Source of the DNA: Ptychomitrium polyphyllum
Taxonomy: Eukaryota
DNA: 64,000 nt
Direction: 5' to 3'
Assembly (NCBI GenBank): GCA_973851085.1
Contig: OZ316775.1
Span: forward strand, 21,452,001-21,516,000
The first letter of the stretch is position 1. Each line of letters starts with the position of its first letter. Below are positions 1-14,807 of the stretch, one piece after another. Under the pieces are notes generated by a model, which saw only the letters and a list, made by a program, of their open reading frames with translations, ran no database searches and was not told the DNA's origin. The position numbers were made by a program, and so were the translations under genes.

Positions 1-1128
1 TTGTCCATGAATGCTGCAGTTGTCAAACCACACAGTCACATCACAGCAACTGGTAAGTAAGTCCAGAAACTCAACATCTCAACTAGAAGTTGCTCCATCA
101 CCAAATGTTGGAGGTAAGGAAGAGGCTACCATGGCACACTACTGCGAGCTCTAGGAAGCAACCTCTTCATTTGCCATTGCCACTAAGCCTGTACGAAACA
201 TTTAAATGTTGAACACAAATAATGTTTTTCTTTTTGCATAGAAATAGAGATTCAACAAAAATATTATGTTTCTTAAAGATCATTTTTATTAAAAATTAGC
301 AATAATACTTTTTAAATAACATTGTTATAAAACTCGACTTAACTTCTCTGCATCATTAAACAAAAACATTGTAAAATATAAATTAGTCTATTAATTAAGC
401 AATATTTTAATTTTAAATATGTAAAAATAAACAATCATATATATTTTTTAAACTTTAGTAATTGAAGCTACATTTTACTTATAGAAATTTAATTAAATCA
501 AACTAAATATTTATTAAAATTTTTGAAAAGTAATATTTTTGAAGGTTGTTTGAGTTTTAATTGATATAATCTTTTAATAACAATCACATGTTTACTTAAG
601 TTAATTTTAAATTTAATGTGATTATCATAAATTAATTTTACTAAAAATTTAATTAAGGTTTATAAATAATTATTTATAGTCAATATATCATTAAGTATTT
701 TTTTTAAATCTTGAATATCAAAACACATGCAAAATACAGTATTAGTTATTACTTTTTATTTATTGCAATATGATTTTACTTACCTAGAAAATAACTTTTG
801 CCATAATTATAATATTCAAATGATTGATTCTAAATTATATAATTTAGTTATAATTGATTGATTGATTGTTTTATTTATCTATATATTGAACTTTTAATTT
901 TATAAAGAAATGCTATAATACATTAAATTTTAATGATAGATTCTAAACATTTAGATTGAAGTTTAAAAATTATCACTTCCATTAATAACTAATATTCTTT
1001 GGAATGTCAAGTTTAACCTACTAATTGTCTTGTCTATCATTGCAACACCTTATATGTGTGCATTATAAACTTGTAGTTCTTTAAGATTTTTGGATAGACC
1101 TCCCATTCTCTATGATACTTTTAAATCT

Positions 1129-1174
1129 AAATGTGTGTCTATTTAAATTCCAAATGTGTGTCTATTTAAATTCC
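1129..1174. repeat. 23-bp tandem duplication
   Basis: aaatgtgtgtctatttaaattcc occurs twice in tandem, followed by a partial third copy. Confidence 0.85.
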
Positions 1175-1899
1175 AAATGTATGTTTGCAAATTAGTAGTT
1201 CCCAAGTAGAAATTCCTTTAAAAGAGATTAAAAACAATTACCAAAAATCTAGTGTTTATACAATCTAAATACAATAATTCTTCAGTATACTTAGATAACA
1301 ACAAATAATGTAGAAGAAAAAAAAATAGAAGATTATGAATTTGCTATAGAGGATTCAAATAAACTCCTTTGCTTGTCCACTTACAAATCAAGGAAAGAAA
1401 TAGGACATTGGTAATGGATTGAATTAGAAAATCATTTTTTCTAACAATTTTTACATCCCAAGAATTTTGGAAATGATATCAAAGTCATCATCTTGAATTC
1501 ATTGATGTCATTTAATAGATGTTGCTATAGCTTAAAATTTAAGGGATTTTCAAGCACAAAGAAGTAATTTGAAGAATATAAGACATCTTGTGGAGAAAGA
1601 AATAATACCTAATTTATTTTAAACAATTCTTTTCTATTGCATATCTTAATGGTTGCATGTATTGCTTCTCTATAAAAATATATGTTGTCAACAAAAAAAA
1701 TCATACCAAATAATATTCATTGATAATATATTTTTAATCAGTTTATGCAAATTTATTTATGGTTATATATTATTCATTGCTATTGTTGTTTTTTGAAAAC
1801 TTTTGATTTTAAGAATATCAAAATATATAATGTTAGAACTAAGATATCTTGAGGTTTATAAGTATTGAAATATATGTACCTAAACAGCTTGCCGAGCCT

Positions 1900-2889
1900 T
1901 TTTTCTTAGACTCAACTTTCTAATAGACTTTAAGTTAGAATTTGGAATTTAGCATGAATAAATTTAAACGACCAACCTTATAAGCAATCAATTCAAGAAA
2001 TTGCATCAAAACTTGCCAAGCCTTTAATTTTGAATAGCTTATTCCACCTAGATTTTGTATACTTATAATTCCAAGATATCATGTTCCACAACAATATACT
2101 TGTAAAGTAAAAATGTTCTAATGGAATCACCTTCACTTTTTCATATTAGATTTTTTCTAGCTTCCACATGTGTTGCTTTAAAGGATTTGTAATTTTGTTT
2201 GACCAAAATATAGCGTGCATCTAACAATACCAATTTATTTCATATTTTGTTTTATAAAAATTAATAAAAGAAACTCAACTTTTAGAGCTCAACCAAATTT
2301 TATAATAGCTAGGAATTTTGTATTCCAAATCTTCACATAGGAAGAATCAAATGTATTTAAATACAAATTTCCATCAATAATCCACCATTCTTTTGTAGTT
2401 ATAAGATAAAAAGGTACAACCATCAATAAAAAATCTTTTGCTTTAAAATACATCGTCTCTACTTTTTCACTACTTTTTGTTTTCAACTACTATATTGTGG
2501 ACCTCGACACCATATTTACAACATATTTCAAGATTTGAACCCCATTTTAAGCTAGACATATTAAAGCATAGCCAAGAAATTCAAAACATAATTCCAAAAC
2601 TACCACAATCTTGGAACTACTACACACCTTTAGGAAACATTGTGCAATCCTAAATCAATCTCTTGCAATGTACTTTTAACTTCAAGAGTGTTCCTTTCCG
2701 CTTCAATTCTGTTACAATATCACACCATTGTAGTCTTAAATGGTCTTCCACACGAATTAACAATTCTAACAACAATTATCCTTTATTGTGTCCATTTTGA
2801 AGCACTATAGACAATAGAGGTAGCACATGCACTTTAGATCACTATGGTGTGGTGTAGTAATCATCCTTATTTCGTGATCTTATCTTTCA
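1900..2889 (-). mobile_element. Decayed Ty1/Copia-like retrotransposon 5' remnant (gag, possible LTR and PBS)
   Basis: ORF 2289..2486 (YLITTKEWWIIDGN...WNTKFLAII) and downstream broken ATHVEARK..EGDSIRTFL resemble a Copia gag N-terminus. PBS-like tggtgtcgagg lies near 2502-2512 and TGAAAG starts at 2889. Boundaries are approximate. Confidence 0.4.
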
Positions 2890-2890
2890 C

Positions 2891-4099
2891 TTAATACCAA
2901 AATAATTTCTTAATCTTTCCTCTAATTAGGCCCTCTAATTTAGTAAATGTTGGCCTCTTCGTAGGGTCACCATGCCAACATCTATCCAACAATGTCTTCA
3001 TCCATTGCAGGGTTTGACTTGGCAAAGTGGTTCTACAGCCATCAATCACTCTATCATATCCAGTTGCTCTCAACCCTTCCACTTCGAACGGAATGCGACC
3101 TGTTAAAATTTCATAGCAGGTCATCCCGTAGCTGTAGACATCTGAAGCTTTGCTGAACAACTCTGGCGCAACATTCTGATTCTTCACAGCACGCAATATC
3201 TCTGGCGCCCTCCAAAATCCCGTTCCCATAACCCCAACTGAGCACTCATAGTCCGAAACCTGGCACCAGAAACTTGTACGTCGACTTAGAGGATCGAACT
3301 CCCAAACAGCCCCTACGAGCACGTTTGCAGCTTTCAAATCCCGGTGAGTATTATTCTTCCGGTGCAAGCCTTTCATCCCATCTGCAATCTTCAGCATGCA
3401 CTGCAGAGTTGCCCGGAGTGCGAAGGGCGGGCCGTGCATGTGGTTGTGAACCATTCTGACATCAATCAGCTTCCGCAGGTCTCCCCACATTCTGTGCATC
3501 GTAAGGGCAAATCGTCCGTTGATTAACATCGCACCAAGTATTGAACTACAGTAAATTCCACCAGAAAATTGCCCCGAAGTACGGATAGTATAATCTGCAA
3601 GCATGCCCTGGGGCACTAGGCGTTGCAGGGCTTGCAGGCTTAGTCCCTCCTTGAACATCTTTAACGCCGTTCGAGAAATGGCAGCACGCGAAGTGGCCGA
3701 GTATCGCAGCTGAACTTCAAATATTTCCGCCTGACCTCCTTCCGCAATCTTCTCGCCCACGTCCCAGACCAGGTCGTTCTAGTCTTTGAAGAACCCACCG
3801 TCCTCACCAGGCCACTGTTCCTGGAGACTCCTGAACACGCTCAGGTCCTCAGCTGCTGATGCCTCCCCCACCGTGCCACTAGTTGGTGACAACTCGCTCC
3901 CGGTCACTCTTGAAGCTTCCACCTCGAACTCCAGCTTGTCCATCCCCGGATTGCTCTCCCGCTGCTCTATCAGAACTGTAATCCGAGGAGAGTAGAACTC
4001 TGAATCTATCCCCGCAATCGATTGTTGTGAGCGGGAATCTAAACACTGCGAGCCAAAGCATCCGCGAACTTCGAAGAACCGAAGCCATCCACGTTTCAT
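2891..4099 (-). pseudogene. STY/Raf-like protein kinase interrupted by one in-frame TAG
   Basis: ORFs 3779..4099 and 2891..3760 share a frame and read FFKD*NDLVWDVGEKIAEGGQAEIF. Kinase motifs ALKMF, HRDLKAANV, DYE, GTGFWRAPE, SDVYSYG and CW..DP.KRPTF are present. Confidence 0.8.
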
Positions 4100-7000
4100 G
4101 ATGAAACGAGCTCAGCTGGGACGGAAGCAGGGTTCGCAGCAGGACAGGTTGTCACACTGGACTCTGCAGAGTGGCACCTCTCAGAGCAGACTAGATCCTC
4201 CGTGGAACCTAGACATCCAACATCCTCCGCCAATGGAACCGGCAGTGTTCGAACCGATCGGCACGACCAGCGTAAGCGCGCCCTCCCGAGATTGGCTCGT
4301 CTTGTTCGACAACACTAAAACCTGTGGACGGACATCTACAGCCCTGCCACACCGGGAGAAAGAGATCTACGAGATCGGGCTAGCGACGACCCTCCTACTA
4401 AAATCATGCCTCAGAGAACACAGAGGGAGAAAGGGTATCACCTGGCGCAAGAAACGGCCCCCAAATGCCTCTTCCGCCGCGAAGCTCGACCAACGGGCAC
4501 CCGGGTGCTGATTTTCCAACGAACCTCGCTCACCAACGCCCTCACGTTCTGTCGCAACAGGATTACAGAAAACCCTTCTACTCGTAGTCGCATCTATGCA
4601 CATACCTGTTGAGCCGGTATCGCTGTGTGCGAAGAAAAATCGAAGACCCGTAATGGGCACAGCTAGCCGACAATCTAGTAACAACCGCGTCGCCGTTATA
4701 GCCAACATGATATAGGTGATCAATTTATTTTGAAGGTTCGACCGAGAGAAACTCTATTGCATGAACGAAAAAACCTAGTCGTACCTGAGTAACGCTGAGT
4801 GTTCATAAGATGAACTTCTACTTCTTTTTGGCTCAGAGAAGTGATGGAACAGCTGTTTCCGGAACCAGAGCTAAAGCTTTCGGAAATGACAAACGATCGC
4901 CTATTACTCTGGTGGCACTATATTTCAATCCAGACACTTTTGTAGTTTAGGGTTATAATCTCAGAATCTTCATTACTTCATAATTCCTTCATAGCTGATC
5001 GACTTCTACCATATTCAACAGCCTAAAAGAGCAGATCAACAACAAAGGATCTTTCTTCATGCCAGGGAACATGAACGCGTGAAGTTCTCAAATGGCTCAA
5101 AATATGAAAGACATTAAGCCCGAGAAAAGACTTTCAGTAAAGCACATGAACCTAGTGAACGTAGAAACTGGAAAACTTTCATTCAAAACTTAGTCATTCT
5201 GAACTTCAGGAGCTTGAAACTTCGTGAGGAACTGTAGGTTGAGGAAGACCGATCCTATAGGAAAACGGTCACCTTTGTGAAGACCTCATTTGGTGAATGA
5301 ACTCCTTTAAGGAAGGACTCATCCAAAGCATTCTTCATTCAAGAGCATCCAAAGCTGTCATTACACCTAGAATTAACAAACTATAATAAATTTCGTAGAT
5401 TTCATACTCTCGAAACTTGATCTGGACTAAACAATGGTGGTTTTATGTGGAGTGCCGGTTTTGGGAACACATTGCAGTGCTCGAAAGCTTGAAGCTTGGA
5501 ATCAATCAGAGTATTCTGCTTTGCGAGAGTGAGCTTTGCAAGCTGGGCGTGTGTGTTGTAAACTGGAATAATTCAGTGACGTTGTTGTGAGTTCCCATGT
5601 GAATTTTTTCTTGAGTTGCTGCTTCTAGTACGTTATCTGATGTGTTAGAAGCTTTTGGAGGAAGAGGAAGGGGAGAAAGGGAGGTGGGGTTGTGCTTGCA
5701 GGCATATGGATCGGAAGAAGCAGGGCAGCAAAGATAAGAAGCTCAAACGGAAAGAGGTTCTGCTTTCCTGCACCCAATGGATTTTTTGCGACCCTGGTGA
5801 TTGAATTGCTGTTTAGACGATGTCATGTTGGTAACCATCTTGATGATATTTTTGGGTACGACTGTGCAACTTGGAAGGGTTTTAATGGTCGGGGTGATTG
5901 CTCCTGCGATGATGGGTTATTAGCAGGAATTCCGATACTGGGTCAATGGAATCTGTTGTATGAATCTCTCTGAGTGCCATGTGGTTGAGTATTTTTTCTG
6001 CATCCTTCAGTGGAAAACTACACATTTCATCAGTTGATCTCGTAGGTCCTGAAGGGATGTGTTTATGGTAGCTAGAGTGTTGTATCGGTTCTATAAAACA
6101 TGTCAACTTGTCAACCATAATGACAATGCTCTTGATTAGCAATGCATGTTTTCATGTGGAAGAACAGTTCGTTACAATGCCACATGAGTGTTGTTCTACA
6201 GGCCGGAATCTCAATATGGAGGCAGGGCGTGGAGATTCTTTGCCTTCTCCAGTGAAGAGTACGTTCAAACTTTGTTAAAGATCACACTTCATCCTTGAGC
6301 CTTGAAACCAATGGAGTTGACTCTCTTTCCCTCCCTCAGAGTCTGGTAGCAACTGCTAAATGTTTGATCACAAGGCTTTTGTGCAGAGCAGGGAAATCTG
6401 GAAGGACCTTTTGGTCCAGAGGAATGGCTTGTAGATGGCTTGTAGAAGAGACGTCAAACATTGTTTCAAATAATTTCAAACAAATGTTTCAATAAAATAG
6501 TTTGAAACAAGGGCTCTGATTTGCTTCAATAGAGATATTGGCTTCTTCCCAAGCCAATATATCTATTGCAATTGTAATACATCAACTCTTCCTTTTAGCC
6601 TTTAGGTGATAAACATTAAAAGATTTTGTTCCTTTTGCCTAATGTTCAAACACTTAATTAATAATAATTAATAATATTAGTATGATAAAATCTAATGAAT
6701 TTTCTTATTTAATTAGGTTGACTAATTAATAACCATTAGTATTAATATTTTTTCAAACACACAATTGGAATAGCAAAATATTATTCAAAAGCATTTTAAT
6801 TTTGATATTATATGGTTAAAATCATAAATATCATCAATTATATAATGAGTATTCATATTTGTTCTACAATTTATGTTTGAATATGATTATACATTATAAT
6901 GTTAAATATTTATTTGAAGATGATATCAGTATATTACAAATTTGATATGTATAATAAATTATTATATAAGTCCATTTTAATATTTATAAATTTTAATTAG

Positions 7001-8029
7001 ATAAACCATTATTTATGTATTATTAAAAATATTTATATATTATTACTTTCACAAATATGATGTCTTTAAATACATTTAATATATTAATTTAGCATAATTT
7101 TTGAAATTCACAAAAATACAAGTATTTGTAATATTAAACTTTTTATACAATGACTATCTTAAAAAAATCATAGGATAAAATAATTTCATTTAACAATTTG
7201 ATGATATATGTTGTTGTATTATTTTCCCTTACCATTGTATTACTTGTACCTACAATCCTTAAATTCCAACTTATAGCTACTAAACCTAAATATATAATTA
7301 TACAACTTCAATTAACACTCGACTAACCTTAATTTGCCACTACTAAACCCATGATCGTGTATCAAGTTGTTGCATACCTACAATTGCTATCCAAAGTCAT
7401 TAGTATGAAGTTGCAACCACCATTCCAACAATTGTTGTCATGATAAAAGAGCTTTGTCCTAAGAAAATACTAGACCTTTAATTGCTACTAATTACTTAAT
7501 AAAATGACAAAATGATGTATCACAAATATTTATATTATCAAATTTTGATGAATCAATGAATCACAATAACTAATATTCCTCACACAAGGCTACATCTCTT
7601 TCTAAGTACTTACTTCACCTTCACCACTACTCAAACTAAATTTCACTTAAACGCACGCACTTCCTAACACAAATATAACCACAACCAACAAAACATATTA
7701 AAAAAAGAACAAATCAGTCTACCAAATCTCTTCCTCTTATATCCCTGTAATCCTCCCTTGCGGCCTATTTTGGAGCTAGAAACTTGTAGAATCTGCAGCT
7801 GCACCCAGCTTGGCTCTCCGGAGCTTGTTTCCACCATTAACACAGCCGTGGTTCCTCGTGGTTCCCCGTTGTTCTCCTTTCTAAACCGCTCCAGTTTGCA
7901 ATCTGCTCCTACGTCAAAGCTTGCATGATCAGCTCCTAGCCATATCAAACGGCCTTTTTTTGTTGCCCATATTAACTCCAATATTGTTGGCTTCATCATA
8001 TGAGTGTTAGCTCTAGATGAAATGAATTA

Positions 8030-8553
8030 TTAACTCTTGAAAGATCCAAACACTAATTGAATTGAAGAATTGATAAAGTTCATCTAATACAACAATATTA
8101 AGTTGGAGATACTTGTAGCTTTGAAGATGCTTGTATTGACTATGTTGATAAATGCCTTAACTTATGGTAGGCAAAGAGGCTAAAGTCTACTTGGTGACAA
8201 ATTTTTAAATAAGTTTGATTGACTTTGTATTAGAAATATAATAAAATAATAGGAATAGTATTAGAAAAGTTTTCATGAGTTCTAGTATATAAAGGAATTG
8301 TGGCAAAGTGCACAAGAAGGAGAAGTTGCCAACCTTGTATTTTGAATAAAGAGAGTTATAGAATTTATATAATATTGTGGAGTTTATATAGAATTATGAA
8401 ATTTATATAGTGTTATAAAGTTATAAATGTGGAGTTTGTAACCTTGACTACAATATATAAGAGGTGCAAGTATTTTGTATTATGAATGAATAGGAATTAT
8501 GCAGCACTTGATGTTACCAATGATTCTTCAACAATTCACATTTCAACCTTTAC
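8030..8553 (+). mobile_element. Decayed Copia RNase H end followed by an LTR-like segment
   Basis: Broken ERSKH..ELK and MLINAL resemble Copia RNase H motifs (ERSKHID, ADMLTKAL). A TG...CA AT-rich segment (~8227-8553) with tatataag follows. Confidence 0.3.
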
Positions 8554-11500
8554 AATGCTAGTTCTACTGCTGCGCCAAGCATCACTGGCCGTTCATGTTG
8601 CTTTGTCGTTTCATTGGCTCGTTTCCTTGGCTATATTGTTCTATTTCCCTTAGTTCTTCCACTTGCAGTCATCATTCTCACAACTCCCATTGCCTATCAT
8701 TTACCGCAGCAAATCCCCGCATTTACACTAACGGTTGTGATTAAACCCCGCGGTTCCCTATAGTAGCCATAAGTGCCTGCATTCCTATTGCAAGTCAAAA
8801 TAATCCACAGTTCTTTGTTCCTCTAGAACATTTAGCAACTATCCCTCATCTGTTTTGTTTCTCTACAATTCACCAGCAAACTTTAACTTAGCTCAAACAT
8901 CTCAAAGCTCCAATCATGTATGTTTAAATTAATATTTAAATAATATATGAATTTACAACGCAACATAGTTAACATCTCTTAACGCATAATTGCGGCTACC
9001 ATGATGTATAATCAATTGTTATTTATTTGCACTTGCGGTCACTAGATCCATAGTCGTTTGGTCTGCATGGATTTTCATTTTTTTACCAAATTGCTTTTTT
9101 TTGCCACTTCAAACTTTGTATATGTAAACTTTGTTTTCTAATCCACTTCAAATATTTAAAACCTCTACATAGATAACATTTTCAATGCAAAATGCATTAA
9201 AAGTCAAAATTAAAATTAGATTGCAATAAAAAATATTCAAACAAGATCAATATGTTACTCATTATGTTTATTATGTCCATTACAACAGTCACCTAAATAG
9301 TTATCCAATCTTTTTCAACTCATCATATTAAACAACCTTGCATATACCTTTAAGACTTAAATTTTTTAAAACATATAATTAAATAAAAATTAAATTTTTT
9401 ATTTGATTGAAAGGTTGCATCTATATGATTTATATACAATAAAATTTTAATTTTAGACCCAATTTTAGAACTTCATTAAAATTGTTAAAGTCAAATTCCT
9501 AAATCTTAAATCCTTATAACTTCTCAGAACTAGATTGTCCTTCATGTGCACTTTTCATCACTACATATTTTCTTCAAGTATTTCCAAAAGTCTAAATGAA
9601 ATGATGAGCAATACCAATACAATCTAGCTATACACTTTTTTTTTTTTAATATTCATTACTTAACTTTCTAAAGCATAATGGGCTATTCTTCTTTATCTTT
9701 TGTTTCATCATAATACATTCCTACAATATTCTCTTATTCATCTATAATGTATTTATACTCCTTAGTTTCCATTAGATGTTATTGCATGTGCTTATTGGTC
9801 CAACCAAAAGCCTAGCATACCTCCATAAGGATTTTCTTCACTTTAATACTAGTTGTGGCCTTGCATCAACCATTCCAAAGCTCTCAACTTTTTACAACCG
9901 CTTCCAAAGACTATTTAAATATGAATGCTATAAATATTAAAGGTTGGTCCTAACAATGTTTTAAAACCCTCTAAATTCAAATCATTCAATTGCAAATACA
10001 ACTAGCAAGCCATGTATTATTGTAACAGTTGATATACATAATTATATCATCTTAATAAAACTTCAATAATTACCACTAGGTGAAGAGTTCAATTAATTTA
10101 TCTTTGTTCTTTATTTCATTAAAAAATCTTTATTGCTTTACTTCTTGTTCCAATCTCTTTTCAGTAATTGCATCTTTGTTTTCTCATACAATAGGCTAAT
10201 TTCTTGATTGTTAAAGCCTTCCTCTTTCTTATTAATTTTTTTCCTACTTCTACACTTTACATGCAAATATTTATATTTTTTAAACAATAATTTATTACAA
10301 AGCTACAAATGAACCATCAACTAATTTATTTTTTGACATTTTTTATTCAACTTATTATTTTTCAAAATCAAAATTTTTATATCCAAACGGGCATATCTTG
10401 AACAATTGGTTTATTTTAAACTTTGTTCTTGAATTTTCCATCTACTTTATCCTTTCACAAAATTATACACATGTCTTCTACAAATATAATATTTGCACTT
10501 ATTTATCCTAATCATTTGATTTATGTCTCTAATTATACTATCATTCTTCATATTAATTGGTGATTTCAACAAAATAGATAGTTCTACCTTCTTCTACACA
10601 ACATATTCATTTTAACAATGTATCACTCAAATAATGATTATTATTTATATTTATTAAATTTATTAGAATTTATTTCTTTTTAATACAGATTTTCTATCAA
10701 TTACATCATTTATAGCATTACATTATCAAATGGTCTTGCATTATACTTATTGTAAACATTAATTGGAAAATACACCCAATTGGTATAATAGTATTCATTC
10801 CATTAGTTTTTATCTTTTTTCATCTTATAATTTCATTGATTCGTTTACAAACTTCTCTTCATTTTATATTACACAACTACATCAAATTCCAAATAAATTA
10901 TTCACTTACTAAAATAATACACTTAATCTTTTTTAATTTATATTTTCACATTAGTAATATTCAACTTGTATACAATTTTATATGGTCACATGACTTCATT
11001 ATTTGACATTGAATTCCATAAAAAAATCTTCATATACAATCACGCATACAATGGTATTTGATCATTTGCTCAAATTAAAAATTATTATATTAAACAATGA
11101 ATATACAAATTACTTCCACTTTTAAAAAGAAACTTGAATTATCCTTGCACAATGAAATTAAATTCAAAATTTTATTAATCAATTTTAAAGCATGTTTGGT
11201 GGTCTTGCGATTGAATTTCCACCTATCTTTAACCACCTATTGATGTCTTTATGTTCTTTAGGAAAATTCCAAATAATTTCTATTAGATATTTGGTTGCAA
11301 CTTCCATTTATTTCCATCCTCAAATTTCTATATAATAATAAACATTAATCCACATGGAATTTTGTTGATGGCACCAAAAAATTATTGTAATGAAAAATAG
11401 CTAAAATTTGTTTATCTTAACAAAATGTCCAAAAAACGTGGATTTACATTTAAAAGCTTTATGTAATTGTAGTTAATTTGAAAGGTTTTATATTTATACT

Positions 11501-13770
11501 TATTATCTTTAATATTAATTTTATCAAATATTCAAATCATGAAGTTATGGAAAATTAGAAAATAAATATCAAATTATTAGTATAATTTAATGCAAAGTCA
11601 ATGGAACAAAATACTATAGAACAAACTCAAATTGATTCTTCCATGAAGTATTGTAGTTGCTAGATTTTAATAACCTATCATCTTGTTTATTAATGAAGGC
11701 TTATAAGTTTTAAATATGATTTAACTTTCTAAATTCTCAGCTTGTTCTTATGAATTGCATATTAAAATAAAAGTTTTGATTATATATAATAATTTACTAG
11801 AACCTTATTTGCTAAGGAATATTAAGAAAAGATTTGCAATTGCCTTTTTTATTGAAGGTATTTTACCATTTGAAGACATTATTATAAGAATTCTTGCTTG
11901 TCATTTAAAATTGTAGACATAGTTTTAATTGTGCAAACAAAAATAGTTTTAAAACAAAAGGCCACAAATGAATGCAATTCCAATGAATGTGAACCTCATC
12001 TTAATGCAGTGATAAAGAAAAAGAAACAAATCTTAACCAAAATAATTTTTTTGAAATGATGTTTTAAGCCCTTGAATAAGTCAAATAGTTTTTCAATGTC
12101 TTGGTATAGGTATATGATAGAGAGCACAAAGCTCAAAGACATGATGTGTAGGACAGAGAGCTCGTAGTACCTGCCTACTCGCTTCAATATTCAAAAAAAA
12201 ATATTTGCTACGAGTTTTTTCAGGAAAACGCTGATATCGGCAAAAGGGAAGAGGCCTAAGTCGGCAGATGCTGTATGCTTGAGTGGCAAAGGTAAGCAAC
12301 ACTATACGACTTTTATAACAAGCTTTAGATGTATTAATACTACATTTATAAATGACTTATAAATGACTAAGGCATATTGATAAATCAAAAATCTCCTAAG
12401 TAATTTAACTTGAGAAGTGATCAAGACTCAGAATTACTATCTGCAAGTGCAACGATTGCTATTACTTTTGAATTTCATACCATAAACTTAGATGCACATA
12501 GCTTTTCTTGTTTCTAAAAGAGAAACCAAGACCTTGGTGGAATTGTCTAAAGGCATGCTCAAATTTGCACAATTTAGAACATTCTGCAAACAACTAGCAT
12601 GTAAGGAAGAGATCCACTTATCTGATTAAAATTATCCCACATGAAATCATTTGACGTTTATTTCCTTTGTTGTAAATTCCCTTCCTCATTAGCATGAGTT
12701 AGTATGATCTCATGTGTCTGTTTCGCCTGAGCTTCTAGCCGCTCGCTTTCCTTCACATGTTAAGATAGTCCTCTTCCTTTGCCAGAACTTCAAGCCTGTC
12801 CATTTCGCTAGCCAAAAGTATTCTTTTCCTTATCTTAAGATCCTTCCTTCACTTGCTTTCATGCTTGCCCTCATCTCCCGCTAAGCACTTTCTGAATTCA
12901 TCACGTGTTTAAGAAAAATCCAAGATGTACGCCTTATAAGTTTGCTCAAGCTTCTCCATGTATGGTTCATTTCTTTTGTAGTGGTAGTACCACTAATTCT
13001 CAAGGGTCACGTTTATGCTCCAAGCAGTGTCAAGAACTTTAACTAGTTTGCTGCTCACTTAGTACAAGCAGCATAAATTTAAAAACTTTGCAAAATGCTT
13101 GTACATTGCAGCCTCAAATTCTGGCATTGCAGCTATGCAGTCGTCCGAGTAGAGGAAAATTAAGAAAAGATCTACAACTTCAATGGACATGAGAGACGAG
13201 TCCACAGTGGAGAGAGCCTTAAACTTTGCATCAGAGATTGGTGAGCAAAGTTCCAATATGATGCGATGTGCTTTTGCGGAGCTTCTCCTCTCAAACTTTC
13301 CTTGGAGATTTATGGTGGGATGAACTTAGACATGTCGATGCTTAAGGAAGATAAATCCATGATTTATAAGGTTGGTGTGATGATTTCCTGCACAAGAAGT
13401 GCCCAAATTATTAACCATCAGTTGATTGATTCATGAAGTATCTAAGTGCCTAACAAGGGACTTAATTATCTCCTTCTTTGGAAATTGAAGTAAAAAAATT
13501 GGCAAGATAATCAGCCCCTCAATTTTTGTTATAATGTTTTGCTACTAATAATACTATATTATTAAACAATTCTCACATTGAAACTTATTGTTACAGAACA
13601 CCTTTGAATTGATGAAGAGATCTTTTGCTTTATTCCATAATAATGCCTTTACTTCCATTATTAATTTTGAGAATATGGTTCTTATAAAAACATGTTGAAC
13701 TAGCATACAATATTACATTCTTTAACCAAATATTTTGCACCATTTCTATAAGTGAACACCTAACACGATA

Positions 13771-13810
13771 TTTTAACTGGAGAAAACGTTTTTAACTGGA
13801 GACAACGTTT
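13771..13810. repeat. 19-bp tandem duplication
   Basis: ttttaactggagaaaacgt followed by ttttaactggagacaacgt (one mismatch). Confidence 0.8.
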
Positions 13811-14807
13811 TGCAAAGTTTTGTATTTGGAGAAGAAGTGGAATATCGTTCTATTACCATTAATCAAGATCATCCAACTAAAGAATGTTATGAAGCAACTT
13901 AGTATCAAGTGTATATATTTCAAAGAAAGACAAATCAAGAAAAAGATCCAGTTTGACTTTCAAACTTCTCAACTGGCCTGGATACCTGGACAAGATCGTT
14001 ATGATTCATGGGATTGCCGTACTGACCAATAACATTAGCTTCAGATCAATTGAAGTACTCCAACTTGAAATCTTTTGACTTCTACAGAAACATTTATACA
14101 AATGTTTAAGACATGTAATATGTGAGAAAAAGCAAATGGCTCTTCATAATTGAATCAGGTGCATTTGAAATCTTAGCGCCTCATAGGAGTTGAGCAAAGA
14201 GTTCACAGTACTGATTATCTCATAGATTCAGTGAATGTTACAGCTCTGTAGAAAAATAGCATGCTCAGCCCCTACAGAGGCAGAACGCACAGCCCTCAAC
14301 ATGCAAGAGTGATGCGAACTTCACTTATTTTCTGTGACATTTGGAGTGCGCCATTGCTTTACCTGAAACTTTGAATGTAGCAGTGACTGGCCAGTGTCAC
14401 ATTTGGATGTTCTGTTCGAACCTGTCTGCATGTCTGACGTGAAACTGCAATCAGTTTAACGAAGGAGAACGCTTGCTGAACCTGGAGAATTCAATGTTCA
14501 CAATTGAATGTACTTCACTGTCACTTCAGTCTGCACGTGAAGTTTCAGGCAACGTCCTGCCAGCATGAGCAGAGATGGAGTTTCAATCATTGAGGTGAAG
14601 TGGAGATAATCAAGCGCTGGTTAGTGGTGACATGACGGCAATACCTGGCTGTGCTTCGACAGACTCATGATTATTCTTCCCACACTTACAGACTGGCATC
14701 CCTTGTCAATATTTTTCTCTCGTTATGATCCATACATCAACCATTTCGCATTTCCTTGTGATGTGAAAACTACCCATTTAGTTCAAATTTTGATGTATTG
14801 ATTCTGG

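Noticed and set aside
5690..6500. Short ORFs of moderate GC
   Set aside because: No recognisable motif or consistent frame.
9000..11990. AT-rich tract, possibly an old retroelement
   Set aside because: No diagnostic motif or termini could be read.
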